Of a stretch of DNA of 64,000 bases, positions 8,945 to 16,390 are shown piece after piece. The notes under the pieces were generated by a model, which saw only the letters and a program-made list of their open reading frames with translations, made no database searches and was not told the origin of the DNA. Numbering within the stretch: the first letter of the stretch is position 1; each line of letters starts with the position of its first letter. Location: positions 20,200 to 84,199 of the forward strand of contig CALRZN010000011.1 in NCBI GenBank assembly GCA_943372645.1, read 5' to 3'. Source of the stretch: Chitinophaga pinensis. GTDB taxonomy: Bacteria > Bacteroidota > Bacteroidia > Palsa-965. Both the position numbers and the translations under genes were made by a program.

Positions 8945-10345
8945 ATGCACGGATTAAAAGCCCTGAACAAGGATACCATTGTTGCCCTCGCCACTGCGCA
9001 GGGAACAGCGGCGATCGGCGTTATACGCCTTTCGGGTCCGCAGGCTATTGCTATTTGTGAAGGTGTTTTCCGTACGCGCAAACTGCAGCCCAAAACATTG
9101 CACGATAAAAATTCGCACACGTTGCATTTTGGCGTCATTGCGTTAAACGACCTGGTGCTGGATGAAGTGGTAGTGAGTCTTTACAAAAATCCGCATTCGT
9201 ACACCGGCGAAGATGTCATTGAAATTTCGTGCCACGGTTCGCCTTACATCCAGCAGCAGATTTTACACCTGCTTGTAAAAGGCGGTGCGCGTATGGCCGA
9301 GCCGGGCGAGTTTACCATGCGGGCGTTTATGAACGGCAAGCTCGACCTCAGCCAGGCCGAAGCAGTGGCCGACCTCATCGCGTCCAACTCGGGCGCCTCG
9401 CACCAGGTGGCCATGCAGCAGATGCGCGGCGGCTTTTCGGAAAAAATCCAGGTGCTGCGCGAACACCTCATCAACTTTGCTTCGCTGATTGAACTCGAAC
9501 TCGATTTTGCCGAAGAAGATGTGGAATTCGCCAACCGCGACGATCTCAAAAAATTACTTTACACCATACAAGGCATTTCGCAGCGCCTCATTGATTCGTT
9601 TGAGGTGGGCAACGTAATCAAAAACGGTATTCCCGTAGCCATCGTAGGCAAACCGAACGCCGGCAAAAGTACGCTGCTGAACACGCTGCTGGACGAAGAC
9701 CGCGCCATTGTAAGCGAAATTCCAGGCACCACGCGCGACACGATTGAAGATGAAATCACCATTGACGGCATCCTGTTCCGTTTTATCGATACGGCCGGCA
9801 TACGCGCCACCACCGACGCGGTGGAAGGCATAGGCGTAGGCAAAACGTTTGAGAAAATGAAACAGAGCGCCATTGTGCTCTATGTGTTTGATGTGCACGA
9901 AATCACCATCCGCGCACTCAACGAAGCACTGGACGAAGTAATGCCGCAGATCGGCAACGCGCAGCTGCTGCTGGTGGGCAACAAAATGGATATGGAAGAC
10001 CTCACCTACATCCAGGATGAGTTCAAAGATTTTGACGTGCTGTTTATTTCCGCCAAAGAAAAACTGTACATCGAAGACCTCAAAGCGCGCCTGGTAGGCC
10101 TGTTCGACAACCGCACCGTTAACGTAACCGAAACCGTAGTAACCAACGCCCGCCACGTGGAAGCCCTGCGCAACACGAACGGCGCCGTTTCGCGTGTGAT
10201 TGATGGCCTGAACCAGAACCTTACGGGTGATTTGCTGGCGGCGGATATACGGCTGGCGCTGGCTTATCTGGGGGAGATTACGGGACAGATATCGAATGAA
10301 GACCTGCTCTCGAACATCTTTTCGAAGTTTTGTATCGGCAAATAA
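8945..10345 (+). CDS. mnmE: tRNA modification GTPase MnmE (TrmE)
   Basis: Listed ORF starts at an upstream GTG. The MnmE-like protein begins at ATG 8945 (MHGLKALNKDTIVALATAQG...). G-domain GKPNAGKSTLLN...DTAG...NKMD. Family-typical C-terminal ...CIGK. Confidence 0.9.
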   Translation: MHGLKALNKDTIVALATAQGTAAIGVIRLSGPQAIAICEGVFRTRKLQPKTLHDKNSHTLHFGVIALNDLVLDEVVVSLYKNPHSYTGEDVIEISCHGSPYIQQQILHLLVKGGARMAEPGEFTMRAFMNGKLDLSQAEAVADLIASNSGASHQVAMQQMRGGFSEKIQVLREHLINFASLIELELDFAEEDVEFANRDDLKKLLYTIQGISQRLIDSFEVGNVIKNGIPVAIVGKPNAGKSTLLNTLLDEDRAIVSEIPGTTRDTIEDEITIDGILFRFIDTAGIRATTDAVEGIGVGKTFEKMKQSAIVLYVFDVHEITIRALNEALDEVMPQIGNAQLLLVGNKMDMEDLTYIQDEFKDFDVLFISAKEKLYIEDLKARLVGLFDNRTVNVTETVVTNARHVEALRNTNGAVSRVIDGLNQNLTGDLLAADIRLALAYLGEITGQISNEDLLSNIFSKFCIGK

Positions 10346-10407
10346 ATTTTCGTCGGTAAACAACTTTCATCCTATTCCATTTTAGTTTTAAAGTAGCAGA
10401 TCATTTA

Positions 10408-10560
10408 CCCGTTAATGTGCCGAAAATCCGGGAGGAAACCGAATACGCGGCCGGTACGAAAAAGCCAAATACATAAAAGACAGAAATCCCTTTCAGTTGG
10501 GGTTACCCGTTGATGCGCCATGCATGGCGCATCAACGCGAACCAAAAACAAAAAACGAAC
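10408..10560. repeat. Composite repeat element copy A, containing the perfect 28-bp palindrome GTTGATGCGCCATGCATGGCGCATCAAC (10509-10536)
   Basis: Conserved ~110-bp left module (cgttaatg.gccg.aaatccgg...aaccgaatacgcggccggtacgaaaaagccaaatac.taaaagacagaaatccctttcagttggggttaccc) followed by the palindrome and an A/C-rich tail gcgaaccaaaaacaaaaa. Shared with copies B-E. Confidence 0.85.
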
Positions 10561-10663
10561 CCGGAACCAAACGTAACACGAACTTTACCGTGAACAGGAA
10601 TCCCAAACGAAAATCGCCCCCATTCCCGCGCGTAAATAAAAACCTCCTGCGTACCTTTACCCC

Positions 10664-11150
10664 AATGACCAATCCACCTCCCTCCAATTTCGAACGCATG
10701 CTCGCCCTCATCGACGAGGTGTTTGCCACGCGCAGCGATCCCGATCAGCTGCAGGTGGATGAAACGGTGATTGAAAAGCTGCAGGCCATTCACCCGGCCA
10801 CACTGGGCGAATACAACGAGGGAAACGGCCCCTGCGTGTGGGTGCTGGTGATTCCGACCACGAAAGAAGTGATGAATGATTTCCTGGCGGGGCGCATCAC
10901 CGAACAGCAGCTGCTCGATAACACAAAACCCGGTCAGCAGTTTGAAGCACTGTACCTCTGCTCCGCCACCGTGCTCCCCGAATACCGCCGCCGTGGGCTT
11001 GCACTGAATCTTTGTATTGATGCTGTAAATGCGATTCAGCAGCAGTATCCGCTGCAGTACCTGTACACCTGGCCGTTTACGCCGGAGGGCCGCGCACTGG
11101 CCGAACACGTGGCAAAAAAAACAGGGCTGACGCTTTTTTCCCTTCCCTGA
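10664..11150 (+). CDS. Putative GNAT-like N-acetyltransferase (small, 162 aa)
   Basis: Real start probably ATG 10664 (MTNPPPSNFERMLAL...). The upstream part of the listed ORF is the repeat element read through. VLPEYRRRGLALNL resembles the GNAT motif A (R-x-x-G-x-A). Confidence 0.4.
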
Positions 11151-11214
11151 GTTTTTATAAATCCAAAAACGGTATCGCGGTTGAAAAAACGACTTATCGG
11201 GAAAACCAAAAAAT

Positions 11215-11580
11215 CCATTTCAATTGGAGTTACGCGTTGAACCGCCGGAAATCCGGAAAGAAAACGAAAGCGCGGCCGGTACGAAAAAGCCGAATACGTA
11301 AAGACAGAAATCCCTTTCAGTTGGGGTTACCCGTTGATGCGCCATGCATGGCGGATCAACGCGAACCAAAAACAAAAACGCCCCCAAAACCAGCAATCGC
11401 ATAAAATAATGCGAACCGCTAACCCCAAAAGTAAAAACAGCAGCTGTTGATCCGCCATGCATAGCGGATCAACGCGAACCAAAAACGCCCCCAAAACCAG
11501 CAATCGCATAAAATAATGCGAACCGCTAACCCAAAAGTAAAAACAGCAGCTGTTTCGATATACCCTATCTTTGGGAAATG
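11215..11580. repeat. Composite repeat element copy B: both hairpin modules plus two near-perfect 28-bp palindromes (11333-11360, 11444-11471) and a ~112-bp tandem duplication (about 2 copies)
   Basis: caattggagttacgcgttgaaccgccggaaatccggaaagaaaacgaaagcgcggccggtacgaaaaagccgaatacgtaaagacagaaatccctttcagttggggttacccGTTGATGCGCCATGCATGGCGGATCAAC. The unit gatcaacgcgaacc...aatcgcataaaataatgcgaaccgctaacc..cagcagctgtt recurs at 11353 and 11467. Confidence 0.85.
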
Positions 11581-11639
11581 ATTTCCGGCGCATGCCAGCC
11601 CTTTAACGTAAAATCAATACTCACCGGGATCATCTGCCT

Positions 11640-12173
11640 ATGAAATCACTCCGGCTGCTCTCCTTTTTTGTACTCCTGGCCTGTTCCTGTTTTGCCCAGG
11701 AGAAGCTAAAATTTACTGACCGGTTGTATGGCGCCGACATGGCATCTACTTACCACTATATACAAGGACGATTTTCCTGGATGCCTTCGAATTTATTATA
11801 TGGTATTCAATACAAAAGAATCCGCTCCGACAACGAGGCCGGCGTTTTCACATTTGAAACCGGGCAAACGTTCTCCCTGAACTATACAAAACTGAACGGG
11901 CAGGATATGTTGAATACGAACCTGGAAGCACACTTCCGGTCGTTTCCGTTAACCGCGGGAATAATCCGGATCGGGGCGGGTATTGATTACACTACCGATT
12001 TTCAGCAGCGCAATTTCTTGTCCGTATATCCTTCTGCGGGTTTGGATATCGGCGGTATTGAAATCATTTACGCGTATCTCATCAATGGAAAAAAAGCTGC
12101 AGAAATTTCAGATCACCGGATAAGCCTTGCTTTCGGACTATGGGTGAAATCGAAAAAAAACGAGAGCCGTTGA
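11640..12173 (+). CDS. Hypothetical secreted protein (signal peptide; possibly a small beta-barrel/OMP-like)
   Basis: 177 aa; N-terminal MKSLRLLSFFVLLACSCFAQE signal peptide. Alternating hydrophobic pattern and C-terminal aromatic residues. No recognisable catalytic motif. Confidence 0.4.
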   Translation: MKSLRLLSFFVLLACSCFAQEKLKFTDRLYGADMASTYHYIQGRFSWMPSNLLYGIQYKRIRSDNEAGVFTFETGQTFSLNYTKLNGQDMLNTNLEAHFRSFPLTAGIIRIGAGIDYTTDFQQRNFLSVYPSAGLDIGGIEIIYAYLINGKKAAEISDHRISLAFGLWVKSKKNESR

Positions 12174-12266
12174 CAACCGTAACAGGAAATGCATCCGGAC
12201 ATACAGGCATGAAAACAACTGTAACGCGCTGATCGTATTAATACCAACAACTAAAAAAACAAAACC

Positions 12267-12968
12267 ATGCTGACGATAGACAATTACTTAGACAGCCACT
12301 ACATCCACCGGAGCAATTGGTTGCGGGCAGCCGTGCTGGGCGCCAACGACGGCATCATTTCCATTTCGAGCCTTGCTGTGGGTGTGGCTGCGGCAAGTTC
12401 GGATCGTGAACCGATTATTCTCGCAACCGTTGCCGGACTTGTGGCGGGGGCGTTATCCATGGCTGCCGGGGAATATGTATCGGTAAGTTCACAAACCGAT
12501 ACCGAAACGGCCGACATTGAACGGGAAAAACGGGAGCTTAAAGAAATGCCGGAAGCGGAGCTGAACATTCTGGCCCAGATTTATGAACGTCGCGGACTGA
12601 AAAAAGAAACGGCCATGCAGGTGGCCATTGAACTGACGGAAAAAGATGCCCTCGGCACACACATCAGGGACGAACTGGGCATTAACGAAATAAGCCAGGC
12701 GAAACCCATACAGGCCGCCGTCGCATCGGGCGCATCATTTACCGCCGGGGGCCTGCTGCCCATGCTGGCTGTGCTTTTTGCGCCGATAAAAGGAATGGAA
12801 TACTGGCTTTATGGATTCACCATTATTTTCCTCGTTGTGCTCGGCGCCATAGCCGCACGGGCCGGCGGATCAAGCATCCGGAAAGCAATTCTGCGCATCA
12901 CCATCTGGGGCACCATTGCAATGGGATTATCCGCAGGCGTAGGATATATTTTTGGCGTTAAGGTTTAG
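12267..12968 (+). CDS. VIT1/CCC1-family iron/manganese transporter
   Basis: 233 aa; WLRAAVLGANDGIISISSLAVGVAAA...MAAGEYVSVSSQ is the VIT family N-terminal signature. Central acidic loop, C-terminal TM helices. Confidence 0.8.
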   Translation: MLTIDNYLDSHYIHRSNWLRAAVLGANDGIISISSLAVGVAAASSDREPIILATVAGLVAGALSMAAGEYVSVSSQTDTETADIEREKRELKEMPEAELNILAQIYERRGLKKETAMQVAIELTEKDALGTHIRDELGINEISQAKPIQAAVASGASFTAGGLLPMLAVLFAPIKGMEYWLYGFTIIFLVVLGAIAARAGGSSIRKAILRITIWGTIAMGLSAGVGYIFGVKV

Positions 12969-12974
12969 AAAAAA

Positions 12975-13360
12975 CGAATCGCGGCCGGAACGAAAAAAAC
13001 GAAAAGAAACGCGGAAAATCCCTTTCAGTTGGAGTTACGCGTTAATGCGCCGGAAAATCCGGAAAGAAAACGAAAGCGCGGGCGGTACAAAAAGTAAAAT
13101 AAGTAACGAAAGAAAAACATTCGGGTTTGTATTCCCCGTTGATGCGCCATGCATGGCGCATCAACGCGAACCAAAAACAAAAACGATCTGCTTTCAAAAC
13201 GAAATTGAACCTGGAACAGGGATGAATCCAAAACCGACGCATCAACGCGAACCAAAAACAAAAACGATCTGCTTTCAAAACGAAATTGAACCCGGAACAG
13301 GGATGAACCAAAAACCGGCGCATCAACGGCGAACCAAAAACAAAAACGATCTTCATTTAA
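12975..13360. repeat. Composite repeat element copy C: duplicated left module, perfect 28-bp palindrome (13138-13165), then ~81-bp tandem repeat x ~2.4 (13158-13355)
   Basis: Each tandem unit starts with the right half-palindrome gcatcaacgcgaaccaaaaacaaaaacgatctgctttcaaaacgaaattgaacc.ggaacagggatgaa.ccaaaaccg. Repeats at 13158, 13239, 13319. Confidence 0.85.
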
Positions 13361-13431
13361 CGATATTTAATAACCCCAATACCAGCCGTTTCGTTTTATA
13401 CCCGAAATTTGGCAAAACCAACCCAGCTACT

Positions 13432-13752
13432 ATGCCCACGAAATACAAAGCCACATTTCTTCTGCTCCTTGCTTCTGCCCTCCCCTGTTTTGCAGGCGGA
13501 TTAAAAGGCGGGCCGTTTATCAGCGATACAATGATTTATGTTTTCTTCGGTTATCTTATTTTTGTACACGGGCTCGGCATTGTAACGTTTGTACTGCGTA
13601 AACTCTGGCTCCGCATCGTTTCCGGTATTTTATACCTTCCTGTTTTTCTTGTGGTTGTCGGTCTCTTTTTTATCAACCCGCTGATTGGCGTTGCCGCCCT
13701 GCTTTTTGCAATGGTCTTTTTGATTTTTCTCATCATCTGGCCGCGTAAATGA
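13432..13752 (+). CDS. Small membrane protein (106 aa), paralog 1 of a tandem pair
   Basis: MPTKYKATFLLLLASALPCFAGG... N-terminal signal/anchor plus 2-3 predicted TM helices. Ends ...IWPRK*. The upstream part of listed ORF 12952..13752 is repeat read-through. Confidence 0.5.
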   Translation: MPTKYKATFLLLLASALPCFAGGLKGGPFISDTMIYVFFGYLIFVHGLGIVTFVLRKLWLRIVSGILYLPVFLVVVGLFFINPLIGVAALLFAMVFLIFLIIWPRK

Positions 13753-13799
13753 GTACCCTATACAGGATAAATGGCTTACGCCTTTAGATAAGTAAATCA

Positions 13800-14114
13800 A
13801 TGCCTGGTAAATACACCGCGACACTGCTGCTCCTCTGTTCTGCAATACCCTGTTTTGCAGATGAAGTGGAACCCATCAAGCTTTTCAGCGATACGTTTAT
13901 TAACAGTTTGCTTGCATACATCTATTTTGTGCATGTGCTGGCTATCGTAGCATTTTTTTTACGTTACGAATGGTTGCGTGTAGTTGCAGGTGTACTCTAC
14001 GCACCTGTATTTTTGATTCCAACAGGCCTCTGCTTTGTCAATTTTGCTTTTGCGCTTCTCTTTCTTTTTACCGGGGCATTTTTCACCTTTACCATCATTA
14101 TCAGACGTAAATGA
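13800..14114 (+). CDS. Small membrane protein (104 aa), paralog 2 of a tandem pair
   Basis: MPGKYTATLLLLCSAIPCFADE... same architecture and same C-terminal ...IIRRK* as paralog 1. Stop overlaps the start of the next gene (TAAATGA). Confidence 0.5.
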   Translation: MPGKYTATLLLLCSAIPCFADEVEPIKLFSDTFINSLLAYIYFVHVLAIVAFFLRYEWLRVVAGVLYAPVFLIPTGLCFVNFAFALLFLFTGAFFTFTIIIRRK

Positions 14115-16015
14115 GCACCCGTATCCGCATAGTCCTGCTTGCCCTGCTGCTCTGTAGTTCCATTGCCGGCGTGTGGATCTATTTTTACAAATCGCGCACC
14201 GCACCGGTGAAAACAGATGACCTGGCGTTTGTGCATACACTAAACACCTCCGCCGATTTTCAAAACTTTGCCGGGGCCCCGCTCGACAATGCGTACCCGG
14301 ACATCAGTAGCGTAAAAGCGGTGTACGACCTCGACCGGAAAGAAATCTACTACATAAACTCGAACCTGTACCGGCTGCACTTCGATTTCTGCAGCAAGGT
14401 GCTGGGGTATAAAATGGGACTGCGTTTGTTCAACATTGCCAACTACGGCAGCGAACGCGATTATTATTTAGCCAACATCAATTACCTGCGGAAAAGCAAC
14501 AGCTATGTGCTGGAGTTTGGCATGTACGATGAAATAGACAGCGTACAGATTGCGGAGATGTTCAACAAGGTGCGTGAAAGTCCGCTGTTTATCAACAACC
14601 TGCGCCTGCTGCTGAACAATACGAACAGCATTCAGTATTTCAGCAACGGAAAAACCATTCCCACCTGCAACCCGAATGAACTGAACGACGGCCTTCCCTT
14701 CCAGGCCATCCAGCCCGGCACCTGCACCGGCAGGCTGGTGGTGTGCGACGATCTGAAAACACAGTATCTTACCATTACGCCCGGTGATATTCTTGTACTG
14801 AAAGGTTCACCCACTGATATTCCTTTGTGCAAAGCCATTATCAGCGACTGTTTTCAGACCCCGCTGAGCCACATCCAGGTGCTGAGTCACAATAAAAAAA
14901 TGCCTTCGGCGTATTTGAAGGATGTTTTTACAAACAACAGCATTACACAATACAACGGGCAGTATGTAAAACTGGTGGTTACAGCCGACACGTTGCGCAT
15001 TACACCCGCTTCGCCGGATGCGGTGGAAGAACAGCAGCAGCAAAAGGTCGTTTTAAAATTAAACACAGCAATTCATTCCATTGTGCCGATTGAAAAATGC
15101 AGCAACCTTACCAACGCCGATATCGGAACAAAAGCAAAAGGATTCTCCGACCTGAAACAGATCGCTGATAAAAACTTCAGCCTGTTTCGTGTGCCGGAAG
15201 GTGCGTTTGTGATCCCGTTTTATTTTTACCGGCAGCACCTGCAAAACGCAAACGTTGCCCCGCAGCTGGTCGCACTGGAACAATGTCCTGCACACGAAAC
15301 ACAAAAGATGGATGAACTGCTGAGGCAGATCCGCAAAGCGATTGAAGAAACACCGGTTGATGCCGGGCTGCTGCTGCAGATCAACACGCAGATCCGCAAA
15401 AACAACTGCGGTAACAGTTACCGCTTCCGCAGCAGCAGCAATGCCGAAGACCTCGCCGAATTCAGCGGGGCCGGGCTGTACACCAGCAAAACCGGCGAAC
15501 TGAACGGGAAGAAAAAAACAATTGAACGTGCCATCAAAAAAGTGTGGATCAGCATGTACAACTACCGCGCTTACCAGGAACGCCGCTTCGCACATATTGA
15601 TGAAAACACCGCTGGTATGAGCATACTCGCGCACCGGAATTTCCCGGATGAAGACATCAACGGCGTAATTATTACCAAAAACAACTACCGCGCGAACTAC
15701 CCCGGCCTGGTAATCAATGCGCAGCTGGGCGATGTATCAACCGTAAGTCCGCCCGACAGTGTGCGCTGCGAACAGTTGATACTGACGGAGAACAAACTGA
15801 TGAATCCGTTCAGCAAAAAAGTAAGCGCGAAATACATCTGCTTCAGCAGCCTGCACACCGAAGGGCCGCTGCTGCGGTATGAACAGTTGCTGCAGCTTCA
15901 GCAAAGCACCAAAGCCGTGCAGGAATTTTATGCCGCAAAGAAACTGGACTGGGATATTGAGTTTAAGTTTGAAGGCGGTATTCTGTATTTTAAACAGGTA
16001 AGGCCGTACAGGTAA
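14111..16015 (+). CDS. Membrane-anchored PEP-utilizing-enzyme homolog with permuted domain order (swivel phospho-His-like domain before the PPDK_N-like nucleotide-binding domain)
   Basis: 634 aa; N-terminal TM helix. GDILVLKGSPTDIPLCKAIISDCFQTPLSHIQVLSHNKKMP resembles the PEP-utilizers mobile domain (GeILV..t.P.w.....aaiit..GGrTSHAAIvARE.G.P). About 190 aa further downstream, FRSSSNAEDLAEFSGAGLYTSK...KKVWISMYNYRAYQERR resembles the PPDK_N/PpsA ATP-binding motif (VRSSATAEDLPGASFAGQQET...CYASLFTDRAIKYR, compare ppsA at 31431). Confidence 0.55.
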   Translation: MSTRIRIVLLALLLCSSIAGVWIYFYKSRTAPVKTDDLAFVHTLNTSADFQNFAGAPLDNAYPDISSVKAVYDLDRKEIYYINSNLYRLHFDFCSKVLGYKMGLRLFNIANYGSERDYYLANINYLRKSNSYVLEFGMYDEIDSVQIAEMFNKVRESPLFINNLRLLLNNTNSIQYFSNGKTIPTCNPNELNDGLPFQAIQPGTCTGRLVVCDDLKTQYLTITPGDILVLKGSPTDIPLCKAIISDCFQTPLSHIQVLSHNKKMPSAYLKDVFTNNSITQYNGQYVKLVVTADTLRITPASPDAVEEQQQQKVVLKLNTAIHSIVPIEKCSNLTNADIGTKAKGFSDLKQIADKNFSLFRVPEGAFVIPFYFYRQHLQNANVAPQLVALEQCPAHETQKMDELLRQIRKAIEETPVDAGLLLQINTQIRKNNCGNSYRFRSSSNAEDLAEFSGAGLYTSKTGELNGKKKTIERAIKKVWISMYNYRAYQERRFAHIDENTAGMSILAHRNFPDEDINGVIITKNNYRANYPGLVINAQLGDVSTVSPPDSVRCEQLILTENKLMNPFSKKVSAKYICFSSLHTEGPLLRYEQLLQLQQSTKAVQEFYAAKKLDWDIEFKFEGGILYFKQVRPYR

Positions 16016-16020
16016 GCGAA

Positions 16021-16260
16021 CAAAATCGCCGCCGTTACGAAAAAGCCAAATACGAAAAGAAAGAAATCCGTCCAGGTTTGTATTCCCCGTTGATGCGCCA
16101 TGCATGGCGCATCAACGCGAACCAACAACGCCAGGAAAACGCGAACCAAAAACGAAAAGGAATTTCGAACTAAAAAAAAACCATCAACGCGAACCAAAAG
16201 CGAAAAGGAATTTCGAACTAAAAAAAGCGGATCAACGCGAACCCCAAATCCGGAAGAACC
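16021..16260. repeat. Composite repeat element copy D: left module, perfect 28-bp palindrome (16089-16116), then 48-bp tandem repeat x ~2.5 (16117-16245)
   Basis: Units gcgaaccaaaa.cgaaaaggaatttcgaactaaaaaaa..c..atcaac each end in the right half-palindrome (atcaacgcgaacc at 16111, 16183, 16230). Confidence 0.85.
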
Positions 16261-16390
16261 GGATACCGACGGATCGGCTTAGTCCCCAGGGGAAAGCGGC
16301 GCAACCACCCATCCACAAACTTCTGCTGTTCGCCCCGGACCCAATACCATATTCGGGCTTCCATTATCTTTATGCAATTAAACACACGTT

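Noticed and set aside
13156-13360. CRISPR-like appearance: direct repeats of ~17 nt separated by ~63-nt 'spacers', with similar patterns at 11353-11580 and 16117-16245
   Set aside because: The 'spacers' are identical between units, so these are whole-unit tandem duplications. No cas genes. The repeat is a half-site of the 28-bp palindrome family. These are tandem repeats, not a CRISPR array.
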